From Octopus vulgaris (Eukaryota), in assembly GCA_951406725.2 (NCBI GenBank), contig OX597818.1, forward strand, positions 85,126,001 to 85,190,000: a stretch of 64,000 bases of DNA, in the 5' to 3' direction. Shown one piece after another: positions 1 to 13,590 of the stretch. The position numbers and the translations under genes were made by a program. The notes beneath the pieces were generated by a model, which saw only the letters and a program-made list of their open reading frames with translations, had not been told where the DNA came from and did no database searches. Each line of letters begins with the position of its first letter. Position 1 is the first letter of the stretch.

Positions 1-987
1 ATGCAGAAATATATCCTCTTTTACCGAAGTGCTGAGTGACGGGGACGCAAATAAACACCAGTTGTCAAGCGATGGTGTTGAGGAATACACACACCCGCAC
101 GCGCGCGCACGCAGACACAGAGTCGTTATCACCGACGGAAGCAGTATTAGCGTCGGCTCCGTATCGATTAGCAGTATTAGCATTCTATATCTTATACTTA
201 GTGCAGAGATACTACAGAAAGTCTAGTGAGTGTGGTATTCGTCTTCAGAAAGCTTCTTGTATAGACCTATAATGTCAAAAAATGCAGAAATATATCAGTA
301 TCACATGAAAAGTGACTTGCAGCGGTAATAGGATTGCTAAATAAGTATTTCTACTTCTTTGAGCACCATCAGTAGCAAGTATCCAATAGAGACCACGAGC
401 TAAAACAAACTTATCTTCTGTCGATAGAGAAAGATGGTAATTAGCAAATCCCTGATGTGGCATTTAGCCGGTAGACTTGGTAAAAATTCCTTATTAGCAA
501 TGGAAATCGTATTAGTTCAAATTGGCATTCTGTACATCACATTTAACGCAGATATACTGTAGAAAACCTGAAAACTGTGGTATTCCTCTCGAGAAAATAT
601 CTTATATAGATGCTTAGTGTTAAAAAATAACGATATGTCAAACCTATGGCGGTATGGTACAAGGATCTTAATTGAAGATGATAATGATGATGATGGTGTT
701 GGTGGTAGTGATGATGACGACGACGATGATGATGAGTATACACAACACCACCGTGACAACGACGACGTTCAGTCCTACAACATATCAGGTCCGCCATTTT
801 ACCTTTCTACTGGTTCATATCCCTGTTGTCTATTACATCATTAATTTTATTCTTTCACCGATTTCAACGATTGAACTGTGACCATGTTGGAAGCTTTATG
901 GTTTTCTAGAGTAAACATAACCGGTGGGGGGGATCGAATTCTGCGTTTGATTGGTACTTAGTTTCTCGACTTCGAAATGGAGGTTAT

Positions 988-1050
<63 letters not shown>

Positions 1051-2625
1051 TTGTCTTTCATATCTGCTCATTTCTTACCCTAGTAGCTATTGTTGCTGAC
1101 ACCACCAAACTGAAGAATAGTATCACTGGTGACGAAATTCTGTTGAAATTTGGTTGATAACTAATGAGGGATTTGATCTTGTCCTGCATCTATTATGTGC
1201 GTTTACTAATCTGTGTCAGATTGTGCATGCACACACACACACACACGTACATATATGTATGTATTTCTTTCCTTCTCAGAGCGTCTTATTAATACTTTGC
1301 ATGTACTACGTCCTCGCATTGTTTTTCTTGTCTTTTTCTCTTTTTTTTATTAATTATATATATAAAGAGAGAGAGAAAGAGAAAGAGAAAGGGAGAGAAA
1401 GAGAATTACAGATACAGATATATCGAATCGTAATATCATACAATATAAATTCTTGATTTATTAAAATTATCTCTGTCCCTGGAGGATGTGTCATAATAAC
1501 CAAATGGCAATTAAGACCAGCTTCACTTGAGAAAGGGAGATAATCTCAAGATTGAAAACTGACATGCTATCAAAGAAAAGGAAAGGCTTATTGTCTGAAG
1601 ATAAAGTATCAGTCATGGACACATGTTTTTAGCTCAACCATTGAACCAATGAGAGTTCTACTAAGTGGTCTCCCCATGTACTAGAAATAGCGCCAAACCA
1701 AACCCTATCTTCTTGAAACAGAAAAGATGTTGGTTTAAAATTTTGGCACAAGGCCAGTAATTTCGAGAATGGAGTAGGTCGATTACATCGACCCAAGTGT
1801 TCAACTGGTACTTATTTCATCGACCTCGAAAAGATGAAGGCTGAATTTGAACTCAGAATGTAAAGACGGGCGAAATGCCGATAAGCATATGTACGAAATG
1901 GTCATAGCTGAATAGTCAGATTTTCGTCTTAGGCTTTGCTCAATCAGGACTGACTTAGGTTGTGCAACAACAACAACAACAACAAACAACAACAACATTG
2001 GACGTTGATGAAAATCTCGCTAGAAACGAAAATAATATATTTTTAAAATCTCAAGGATTTTATTCCTTTAGGGGAAGAAATGTGATAAGAAAGGCGGCTA
2101 TTTGATGAGTTATTTGTTAAGGTGTGGTGACCACTACATTTTGAAACGCTTTGTTTCATGGAATCGGTTCCGTGATAAACTACAACACGATATTATTGAA
2201 ATTGATAAACCCATAATAAAAATGCACGCAGAATGCTGAAACGACAGTGAATTTTATTTTAAGACAGGCTGCAGAGATATCACTCACTATTCGCTGTTTT
2301 GTGTCCTGTCATCGGCTTTGTATCGCTTACTAAATCACCATGTTTCTATTTTTGGTAAATCCCGTTGCACCAGGTGTCATATTTGTCATGTTTGAGTATA
2401 TGTCCTCAGGCTGGAGAATAACTAAAACTAACAATTCATTTCTCATATGGGTTTCTACACTATTTTCTATCATGCCAACAGTTCTTAAGGATAAACATCT
2501 GACATGTTAAATCGTATTTATAACCCCATTTTCTTGCCTTGACAGCCATACTAGGCAGAACTCAGCACTGAATATTTTAACTGGGTTCTCGATCGGCAAT
2601 TTCTACGCTGATTTATTGTTCTTGT

Positions 2626-3011
2626 AAAGGTAGCAAGTTGGCGGAATCGCTAGCACACCGAACAAAATGCTTCGCGGCATCTTTTTCCACTTAGTACGTT
2701 CTGAGTTCGAATTCCGCCGAGGTCAACTTTGCCTTTTATCCTTCCAGGGTCGATAGAATTAATACCAGTTGAAAATTGGGGTCGAAATCGATTAGTTCCC
2801 GCCCCCAAAATCTCAGGCCTTGTTCCTGTAGTGGCAAAAAAACAAATATTGTTAAGATGGCGAGCTAGCGCAATGGACAACAGGATTCGCGGCATTTCTT
2901 CCGAATATGTGCTTTTTAAGTTCAAATACTTCAGATGTCAACTTTCATCTCTCTTGGTCGGTAAAATAAGTATCTGTTGAGCACTGGAATCGAAGAAATC
3001 GACAAGTCCCA

Positions 3012-3012
<1 letters not shown>
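2626..3012 (+). mobile_element. Two tandem SINE B copies
   Basis: aaggtagcaagttggcggaatc...gttcgaattccgccgaggtc...; second head at ~2856. Confidence 0.8.
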
Positions 3013-3062
<50 letters not shown>

Positions 3063-3102
3063 ATATATATATGTATGTATATACATATGTATATGTATAT
3101 AC

Positions 3103-3157
<55 letters not shown>

Positions 3158-3197
3158 ATATATATAATTCTTCAAATAAATATATAATAAATATATA

Positions 3198-3576
3198 GGC
3201 GCGGGCGTAAGAAGCTTGCTTCCCAACCACATGGTTCCGGTTTCAGTTCCACTGTGTGGCACCTTGGGCAAGTGTCTTCTGCTTTAGCCTCGGGCCGACC
3301 AAAGCCTTGTGCAGACGGAAACTGAAAGAAACCCATCGTGAATTTATATATGGATATATACGATGGGCTTCTTTCGGTTTCCGTCTACACAAGCCTTTAT
3401 ACGCGCGTCTCTCTGTCTGTATTTGTCCTCACACCACCACTTGAAAACAGGTGTTGGCGTGTTTACGTCCTTGTAGCTTAGCAGTTCGGCAAAAGTGGCC
3501 AATAGAATGAGTACTAGGCTGAAAGAAATTTTAGGCTCAGCATGGCCAGAGTCAAATGACTGAAATTAGTAAATGA
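3198..3576 (+). mobile_element. SINE family A
   Basis: Collinear with the 16955 copy. Confidence 0.85.
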
Positions 3577-3822
3577 TAAATGAATGTATGTATTTAAATC
3601 ATTGTTATGTCCTAGATAAATCTAGGACATAACGAAAGACGAACGCGCGTGCACGAACACACACACGTGTCAGTATGTCATTGCTATATATATATCTTTC
3701 ACACATTTTCCTTTTTTCTTTGTTTTTTTTCTCAAACTACTACTTTGTTGCACTTCATGACATTAATGAACATATGATTTCATTCATGTACCCACATATT
3801 CACTCGTGCATACATACACCTT

Positions 3823-3857
<35 letters not shown>

Positions 3858-3878
3858 GCCTGACTGTCTTCTCTCTCT

Positions 3879-3939
<61 letters not shown>

Positions 3940-3994
3940 CAGAGAGAGAGAGAGAGAGAGAGTGAGATTTACGTAAGCACGCATGTTTTATCCT

Positions 3995-4389
3995 CTATTT
4001 GCTTCAGAGGTTAGACTGCGGCCATACTGGGGCACCGCTTTGAAAGGTTTTGTCAAACAAATCGACCCCCAGCAGACTTTGTTAAAGCCTGGAACTTAAG
4101 TACTTATACTATCGGATTCTTTTTGCCGAACCGCGAAATCACGCAGACCAACACCAGTTATCAGGCAGTCAGGAGACAAATACAAAGCATACACGCGGAG
4201 GGGGGTGTTTGTGTGTGTGTGCGTGTACACACACACACGAGGGGTTTCTTTCAGTTTCCGTCTACGAGGAACTTCTTTCAGCTTCCGTCTTACAAAGCGT
4301 TGGTTTGCTTAAAGCTATTGTTGAAGACACTTGCCCAAGGTGCCATGCATTGGGACTGAACCCAGAACCATAAGGCTGGGAAGCATATG

Positions 4390-4390
<1 letters not shown>
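3995..4390 (-). mobile_element. SINE family A
   Basis: Reverse complement of family A, inverted relative to the 3198 copy. Confidence 0.85.
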
Positions 4391-4429
<39 letters not shown>

Positions 4430-4432
<3 letters not shown>

Positions 4433-4501
4433 GTATTCATTCACACATGTACATATGTACCTACATATGCATATAAAGAGATGGGATGAAGGAATGCATA
4501 T

Positions 4502-4555
<54 letters not shown>

Positions 4556-4681
4556 AAATTGGAGGGAAGAATTTTACTCATAAAGCTAAGAACGTGAAGA
4601 GATCTCGAACGACTTTCAGGCATTAAATAGAGGAATGGTAACGACGGTGACGAGAAAGTAACTGGTGGGTGACAGAAGGAA
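4430..4681. repeat. Left arm of a ~230-250 bp inverted repeat (partner 7742-7965)
   Basis: Reverse-complement match with few substitutions; the ORF track shows SFCHPPV(T/A)FSSPSLPFLYLMPESRS on opposite strands. Confidence 0.9.
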
Positions 4682-4684
4682 TGT

Positions 4685-4722
<38 letters not shown>

Positions 4723-5259
4723 TCATGCACGTTCTTCTTCGCATCATCTTGCCCTACGGTTAGAATGCTTTCCATGATGTGACCATCTCTCCTGTTTAGG
4801 CTACGTAAAACTTCATTCTTCAAATGTAGATGGTAGAGTATGATTCAAAGGAGATTTAGTTGCTATTTCAAGCGGCTGCGCGTCTAACATAGAGGTCTCC
4901 TTTGTAGACTCGTCTTATGGTGGAATTCAATAAATAAACGGTTTTAGGGGACTGAATTAAATACGCAAATAACTTCTTAATTAATTGAAATATTCCCCAG
5001 AGAAAGGAAATAGACACCTGGCGGTAAATATTAGCGACTTTCATAAAAGAAGGGAGATAATTTCATGAAATTAAGAATTAATTTTACAAAATTACTTTAT
5101 ATGCCTTCTGGGAAAGAAATCTGATCTTTGTGTTAATTGAGATTGTGGCGTTACTTGTGTATGTATATGTGAGTCTGTGTCTGTGTGAATATATACGAAT
5201 ATGTATACACGGCACACACACCACACATACACACACTACACACGCACATATATATATAT

Positions 5260-5582
5260 ATGCTTCTGTATTTCATGTTTCTGTATTCCATTATTGTTTT
5301 TTGTTTTTTTATATCTGTCCCTTTTGCTGTCCTGGTGTTCGTATGCATTCGATCCTTCTTCCAGGAAATCTACGCTTCCAGCTTAGTTTTTCTAATGCTC
5401 GTTGCTTGGTTTTTCTTGGAGGGCTGGCCGTGATCTAGTAGTCTCAAGATTAGTCAGCCGAGGTTACTACGATGATCCGGTTCTTGGCTGGGGACTGGGG
5501 GTTTCGAATGTCCTGTCCGTGTTTATTGTGTCGTCTTCTGAGAGTTATACGTTCTTGTCCATGTTGTATTTTTCTACATACC
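5260..5582. mobile_element. GC-richer interspersed repeat between (TA)n tracts, possibly a Penelope-like terminal fragment
   Basis: Compositionally distinct island resembling an octopus repeat I recall; single copy in this window, so the class is inferred. Confidence 0.35.
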
Positions 5583-5632
<50 letters not shown>

Positions 5633-5650
5633 TACATAGTACAATAGACA

Positions 5651-5736
<86 letters not shown>

Positions 5737-6744
5737 AGTGTGTGTGTGAGTGTGTGTGTGTAAATATTTTAGGTTGATAACTGAAGAAGAATTAGGGTTC
5801 TTCTGTGTCTGTCCTATGTGTACGCTTTTTAGTAATTAAGACATTTTTCATTTATTATATACATATATATTTATTTTACGAATTTGTGTAAATGTGTCTA
5901 GAATAATATATCAGTTGAATAAGGTGAAAACATGGTCTCGTTTTGAAGTTTCTTTTTATTATGGTATTTTAAAAAATATATTTTTTACAATGTTGAAGTG
6001 TGTTTAACATTTAAAAAAAATATTTTGTAATGTTCATAAAGTTCAAGTAGAGCTTTCATACGTTCGTAGTAATCATCAGATTTCAAAATGTAACTAACTG
6101 AAAATTGAGCTCTTTGACAACTGGAGTAAAATAACTAACTTCTTCCTTTTTGTACGTCTTAGAAGGTTCCAACAAGCCGAATTTTTGGAATACGGTTTTG
6201 ACCAATCCGCATGCAGCTTAAAAGTGAGGGTTTGCCGAGCGTCACCGTTTGCAGGGCTGGTAAATGGTAACTGAGAGGAATCAAGCTGTGTGTGTGTGTG
6301 TATGAGTGTGTGTGTGCATGTGTGTGTGCGTGCGTGCGTACGTGCGTGAGTGTGTGCAACATTGTGAAGTATACTTGTATATCATTCAATTTTGACGCTC
6401 AGAATCTCACATAATTTACTTGTTTCCAACTCTAAACAACGTAAATACGAAACTCATAATAAATTTCGATATGTGGCCAGCTTCAGAACCTGTGTGTGTA
6501 TATGCGCATGGTTCTGTGCATGTACGTGTGTGTGTGTATATGAACGTAGGGGGATACGACATTTACAGTCATGCTGAAGTGCTAAGGAGGCATCTTGTAT
6601 GAGCTCACTCGACTCGATCTGCTGGAAATAACTATGAATTTTCTCTCAAATCTCTGTCAACACTTAGAAGTGCACATACACTAGTGTGTTCACTGCACAA
6701 AGAAAAAATATGAAGAAAAAATGGTGATCAGGACTAGAACGTGT

Positions 6745-6871
6745 TGTTGCTGCGTGGTAAGAAGTTTGCTTCCCAACCACGTGACACCTTGAGCGAATAT
6801 CTTCTACTACATTCTCGGGCCAACCAAAACCTTGAGAGTCGATTTGGTAGGCAGAAACTTGAAGAAGCCCG

Positions 6872-6911
<40 letters not shown>

Positions 6912-7460
6912 GTTTGTCTTTACGTTTGTCTCCCACCACAGCATGACAGTTGAAGGTTTGCGTATGTCCTGCAACTTTGCGGTTCGGCACAAGGATTCGA
7001 TAGAATAAGTACTTAGAAAATAAAATCAAGTACAGGTTTCGATTTGTTTGCCCAAACCAGTGGCTCTCAACCGTTGACCGTATGGTCCTTAAGGGTCCAT
7101 AAAAGATTTTTAGGGGTCCACATAACAAAATAATAAATTTCAGATCCACAATAATATTTTAAGGCTCCCCTGAAAAAATTCTACTTTAGATGTATGTATT
7201 GGTCTGTATTGCAAGAAACAGGTTTCTTTCTCTAACATTTTACATAGTTCAACCTTACACAAGTTAATGTGTGAAGAAAACAAAATAGGAATTTTGAAAG
7301 AAGTTTCTATAAAACTAGTTTTTAAACATCGAATGGCAATGGGTGTCCTCCAGAATAAAATAGAAATCATAGGTGAAAATGGCTGAGAACACCTAGCCTA
7401 AATCCTTCAAAGCGGTGCCCCAGCATAGCCGCAGTCGAGTGACTGAATCAAGAAGATAAA
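6745..7460 (+). mobile_element. SINE family A split by a hAT MITE
   Basis: Head at ~6745; tail resumes at 7396. Confidence 0.8.
7058..7395. mobile_element. hAT-type MITE (338 bp) nested in a SINE
   Basis: TIRs cagtggctctcaacc / ggctgagaacaccta; 8-bp TSD gcccaaac (7050-7057) / gcctaaat (7396-7403); SINE sequence resumes after it. Confidence 0.8.
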
Positions 7461-7556
7461 AAATACTCGATCTCAGCTTCTGAGCTGACCTGGGACTAAA
7501 CAGCAAGGTATAACTACTGTAAACGTGTTAGTTCTCAATCTCACATGTACAAGCTA

Positions 7557-7602
<46 letters not shown>

Positions 7603-7741
7603 CATACCTAACGTTGACCTCTTTCACCGATCGTCCCATCTTAGCCTCTTTCTTACTACATTCCATCACATTTTACTCTACTCCCTCCCCTCTCTCTTTC
7701 TCTCTCTCTCTCTCTCTCGTCATGTTATGTCCTCTTCCTAC

Positions 7742-7965
7742 TCCTTCTGTCACCCACCAGTTGCTTTCTCGTCACCGTCGTTACCATTCCTCTACTTAAT
7801 GCCTGAAAGTCGTTCGAAATCTCTTAACGTTCTTAGCTTTATGAGCAAAATTCTTCCCTCCAATTTACACACACACACACACACACATATATATGCATTC
7901 TTTCATCCCGTCTCTTTATATGCATATGTAGGTACGTATGAACATGTGTAAATAAATACATATAT
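7742..7965. repeat. Right arm of the inverted repeat (partner 4430-4681)
   Basis: tccttctgtcacccaccag...ttcttccctccaattta(ca)n...catatgtaggtac. Confidence 0.9.
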
Positions 7966-7989
7966 ATGTATTCGTACATATATATATTC

Positions 7990-8039
<50 letters not shown>

Positions 8040-8182
8040 GTGTACTTTACTCCTCTCCCCAGCCATCTTTTTTCTCCTTTTTTTTTAAAACTCTGCTTTC
8101 TTTGTTTCGTCTATTTGATGAATTTAATGTATCCATCTTTATCTTTCAGTCTTTGTATGTCTTTCTAACTTATTCCAAACAC

Positions 8183-8240
<58 letters not shown>

Positions 8241-8969
8241 CTATTTGTCTGACTATCTATCTATTTGTATATCTATCTATCCGTCTGCCTGTCTCTCTGT
8301 CTGTGTCTCATCGTTCTGTATACGTGTTTGTTTGCGTGCGCGTGTGCATGGGAATCAATTAAATGCTAAGATTTTCAACGTAAAACGATACTAGACATTA
8401 TTAAAAACACCAATTTGACATTAAAAAAAAAATTAGCAACAGGCGTACTGACGTCGTTAACTGAACATTTTTCAGTGCCAGGGCCAACGTTTCTGTATTA
8501 AATTCTTGTCTATAAGCTTTTCTTTATCCATATCAAAAAGGGTTGTGTGTATGTGTGTATTTGTGTGTATGTGTGTACACGCGAACAAAGTAACTGAATA
8601 TTTTTAAAATACACGATTGAGAGAATATACTTTACGAGTAGATGAGAGCAGCGTTTACATACATACCAATATTATATACATGCATATCTATATCTATCTA
8701 TGTCTGGTTGTATATCTATCTATCTATCTATCTATCTATTGTATATATTGTGAAGATGCGTGCTCAGACTTGCGACGCGTTGTATTGTTGAGAAAAACAC
8801 TGTCGTAAATGAGTAATCCTAACGACGGACTTGCATCCCGTTTAGGAGTCAATATTCGCTTTCCTCGCTTAGCCAGTGGGATGGAATCAATTGAAAGCTA
8901 CCAGAATGCAAGAAGGCGCATTGTGATTAACGGTGTATAACAACAACCGATAGTAAGACTGATAGCTCC

Positions 8970-9208
8970 TTCCCGAGTTACATAAACTCACAGGGCCGGT
9001 TTCCCGGTTTCTGTGGCGTATGTATTCCCCTACTGGACGGGACGCCAGACCGTTGCAGGATTATTCACTTTTGCCAGCCGAGAGAACTGGAGCAACATGA
9101 AATGGAGTGTTTTACCCAAGAACACAACGCGTCGCTCGGTCTAGAAATCGAAACCACAATCTTACGATCACGAGTCCAACACCCCTAACCACTAAACCAC
9201 GTCACTCC
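8970..9208 (-). mobile_element. tRNA-derived CORE-type SINE (family E)
   Basis: rc head gtggtttagtggttaggggtgttggactc...ggtttcgatttc (A/B boxes), CORE-like tgtgttcttgggtaaaacact; related copies at ~8750-8950, 56180-56475 and 60980-61245. Confidence 0.75.
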
Positions 9209-9429
9209 AGTATGACCGATACAGTTATATATGCAGTGAGTGGGTAGAATTGATAAAAGTTGAACAAATGATGTGCGATATTTTTTCTAGAATCAATTTT
9301 GCTTTTTATCTTTTGGGGCTCGATAATATCAAATTAATCACACCCCATCAAAATTATTGGATTTGTGCCTAAGTTAATAACCATTATTATAATTTCTATT
9401 GATCAGCAGAAGTTACTAAGTAACTCGGG

Positions 9430-9880
9430 GCTGACTGGTTCTTGACACTTTCGGACGGTAGTCGTGTTGGGGCAACTTTAAAACGACCAGCTTAGCAGCT
9501 TTGCGCTTTGTGAGTCCTGAGGTGGTTTATTGGCATAAAATCCACGGTTACAGAAGGCATCAGAACTTGGTGGTATTCTTGCTTCCCAAAAAGCCATCAT
9601 TTCTAAGGCTTTTCTAAAAAATCATTTCTGATTCCGAGTTTTGTACCCGGTGTGCACAACACTACGCTACAGCGAGTGATCTTGAGCAAAATGTTTCCAA
9701 GTAGAATCATTTAAGTTTGTCTTTTTTAAGGTTTTCTTGAGAGTGTCTTTCTCTTCTTTTGTCCACCACGTGACTGCGAGCCAACTGTTAATTCACTGAA
9801 TAAAATCTTTTAGGGAATCTGAAGCCACGCATGCACACTACATGTCCACTCTATCACTGCTGGTTGTATTTTTTCGTTTA
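9430..9880 (-). mobile_element. RTE-clade LINE 3' fragment (decayed ORF2 C-terminus)
   Basis: Frameshifted minus-strand translation SGHVVCM..RFPK.ILFSELTVGSQSRGGQKKR.KDTLKKTLKK...WKHFAQDHSL*RSVVHTG fits the RTE C-terminal pattern; the left boundary is approximate. Confidence 0.75.
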
Positions 9881-11328
9881 TGTATATATCTACCAACTTA
9901 TGTACCTACCTACCTACCTACCTACCTACCTATTTATGCTGTGTTTGTGAGTGTGTTGATGTCTTATTGTTCGTGTGCGCGTGCGAATTATTGTTTTCAG
10001 TAAAGTACCCGGAGCAAATGAAAGACTTAACATCTGAAGACAGAATTAACTATATAAATTTATTATTGACGATTAGCTTACAGAGTTTGAATTATGTTTC
10101 AATTTTCGAGATGAATTTAATTAATTAGCTTTGAAAATTCAAAAATTTAAAACAGCATTATGTCACACACACACACACCTACGCACAAATGTCTCAGATT
10201 GTGATGTGTTTTAAACATGACTATGTTTTAGTTTAATCTTTTTATGAAGGTTATGTTTTCAGTATGAATTCTGTGCCGTTTGTTTTGAACAGCATAGAAT
10301 CTAAATCCATTACCATCGTTTCTAGACTTTCAGTGCCTGATCTTCAGGATGAAGCGATGCTGTAGTGTTGCTTTTTTTTTTTTTTTCATGGAAGACAGGA
10401 CAAACATAACTGACGTAGAAATTTCCCTGCCAAAATTTAGAATTTCATAGTTAGATAAACACGTCATCCATCACGTGTTTATATATGTTAGTGACTAATA
10501 TATCTTATTTATGTATGTGTCTTATTTTAGCAGTACGTTGGGTATGAGTTTTTTTTTCTTACACCATTAAAAGTCTATTTATGTGACGAAAATCTGTAGA
10601 TTATAGATGAGTTATTCATTAATGCTTTCCTTGATGTAATACATAGCAATAGCTCCCAGTTGTAAATGCATAGAGAGTCAGCGGGAGTGTATAGTCGTTA
10701 TATGGCCAATATAACGGTATCACGATGCTTGCAAACACGTTTGCTCTCGAATTTATAAGCCACATTTGGTAGACATTAGTGACTTATTCGCAGTTTTACA
10801 TGCCCGCGGCTTGTTATTGATAAGGTTTTTAATGTTAGTGTTTTCCTAGTATATTATTAGTCGTATCAATTCATGTTTTAGTGCATTGCAGTTTGAGTTG
10901 CTTTACGCCGTTTATGATCACGCATTCATCTATTCTTTAGTTACTACGCAGTTGATTCTTGTATATTACATTTCATGTGTTGTTGGAGTAGTTTTAATAG
11001 GACAGCGTCTTATATATTTGCGTTTATATTGTTATATAGCCAAGTTCTTGGTTAGTGGTTGCTTCATTCTGAGGCTTTATATTTATTTATCGAGAGTTTA
11101 ATTTGTAGAGACATAAATCTAAATACTCTACCTTTAAGTAGAGATTTTTGCCAGATACATTTTTTATTTGTGTCGACATTCACGGGGACTTTAAGTCTCG
11201 CTTCAACTTGTTGAATATTCTGATAAAGGCGAAATTTCCAGTCCCAGTGAAATCGACCTTAACATTGTCTATATCTCAAAAGAATAGAATGAATAATGTT
11301 CTTCTGTAGCTGTATGTGCGTTTGTCTG

Positions 11329-11422
<94 letters not shown>

Positions 11423-11624
11423 CATCCATCCATCCATCCATCCATCCATCCATCTATCTATCTATCTATCAATCTATCTATCTAACTACATACTGGTAAA
11501 CACTTCTTTACAGAAGAAAACCATTTCTTCGATTAGTAAATGTCGTCAAGAGATTTCAGGTGATTAGCAAGTCTGACTTTATACAAAAGTTATATGTATA
11601 TATGTGAGTGTGTGTGTGTTTTGC

Positions 11625-11692
<68 letters not shown>

Positions 11693-11694
<2 letters not shown>

Positions 11695-12260
11695 GGGTGC
11701 GATGGGTAAATTGTCATTTTATACATTTTATTTCACGCATGCGCTTCTCCAAAACATGTACCCAGAGTGATAAAAATCAAGCCTTCAGTCAACACCATGG
11801 TGCTTGGAGTGATCACTAGTGAAGGCGACGTCATGCCTCCATTCATTTTCTCCACACAGCCTCAGACTCAACATGGAGGCCTACATCAAGTACCTAGAGT
11901 AAGTAGCGTTGCCCTGGGTCAAGAGGGTGGCTGCTCGAAGGCCCTATGTCTGGCAACAGGACTCTGCTCCATGTCACACAAACAGGAGAACCCAGTCATG
12001 ACTGTCAGACAATTTCTGCGACCACATCACCCCTAACTCCCCTTAATTATTTTGTGTGGGGCGCAAGTTAAGCGAGAGACCAACAAAACTCCTTGTAACA
12101 ACAAAGATAAACTGAAGGCAAGAATTATGGCAGCATTCACCAACTTAAACAAGGAGACCATCCAGAAGAATTGCAGGAGATTCCGAAGTTGTCTGGAGGC
12201 CGTCGTTGAAGCCAATGGCGATTTTATTGAATAAATGTTCTCTTTAGTATTTCAATATTA
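11693..12260 (+). mobile_element. Defective Tc1/mariner-superfamily (maT, DD37D-type) transposon, internally deleted
   Basis: TA + TIR-like tagggtgcgatgggtaaattgtc at 11693; broken frame ...MVLGVITSEGDVMPPFIF...PYVWQQDSAPCH...PLNYFVWGA...RRFRSCLEAVVEANGDFIE*; stops and frameshifts; right end lost in a microsatellite. Confidence 0.9.
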
Positions 12261-12431
12261 TATATACATATACATATATCTATATATACATACGTACACA
12301 CACACACACATATATATTTATATATATATATATATACATACATATACATACATACGTACATATATATATACATATACATACGTACACACACACACACACA
12401 CACGCATATATATATATATACATACGTACAC

Positions 12432-12478
<47 letters not shown>

Positions 12479-12719
12479 CATACACACATACATACATATT
12501 CAAATAGAGAGAGAGAGAGAGAGAGAGAAAGAAAGAAAGAAAAAGAGAGAGAAACGCACACAAATACACATGTATACTAATACATATACATGTATACGTA
12601 TACACACACGTATCTCGGTCTTTCTCTCTTTGTCAATCCTTTCACAACGTAAAAGACATTTCCTTCTATTTTTTTTACCTACTTCCTCAACGTCATCCTA
12701 ATACACTGTTAGAGACAGG

Positions 12720-12751
<32 letters not shown>

Positions 12752-13040
12752 AGAGAGAAAGGTAGAGAGAGAGAGCGAGAGAGATACAACTTAACAAAAC
12801 TTCATGTGCTTACACATAATCATATACTTAGAATCAGTTTCTTACAAACACAGGTCAGTATTCACACACACACACATACACACACACACACACACACATA
12901 CTTATACTGACTGACACACATTTTCACATTTTTTCTGATTCAAGTACGCTTAGTCAAACGGATACACACTTCTAAGTATAAAATATATATATACATAGCT
13001 ACGCAGTTTACATACACATACATACATACATACATATACA

Positions 13041-13074
<34 letters not shown>

Positions 13075-13590
13075 TCTCATACATATAGACAAACATCCAC
13101 AGGCACATATACACACAAAAGAAAAACTGACAAGCACATACTCGCACACACACACACACACACACATACATACATACATACATACATACATACATACATA
13201 CATACATACATACATACATACATACATACATACATACATGCATGCTCTGTTCAGCACAGTGACATAGTATTCATACGCACTCACACACTCTTACACGCAC
13301 ATACACGTGTATGTCTTTGTCACATATACACTCACAGACATACAGACAAGTACGCATACACACACACACACACACACACAGACACACACTCAGTTCACAC
13401 ATACAAGAATTCAAACACACACACACACAGAGACACATATACATACATACTTCAGCAATCACACAGACATACAAAGTCACCCATATACTCTATAAAGCAT
13501 ACAGACACACAGACACAGTCTCAATTACATACACATACATAAACAGATACTTTTAGCAAGTACACAAACACACATACACACACACACACA
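12257..13590. repeat. Compound microsatellite field (TA, CA, GA, CATA)
   Basis: Direct inspection. Similar tracts occur throughout, e.g. 3014-3165, 5587-5760, 11330-11485, 38930-39240, 41109-41178, 51480-51590, 53380-53605. Confidence 0.95.

Noticed and set aside
300-670. Possible highly decayed RTE LINE remnant
   Set aside because: Only vague motif hints across many stops; needs a profile search.
5330-5520. Possible hammerhead ribozyme in the Penelope-like fragment
   Set aside because: No intact CTGANGA...GAAA core with matching stems could be built.
9100-9208. tRNA-like A/B boxes here and in other SINE heads
   Set aside because: They continue into SINE bodies; no complete cloverleaf was found.
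2931-13556. Numerous YIYI/HTHT/CVCV/LSIY ORFs
   Set aside because: Stop-free frames of microsatellites.
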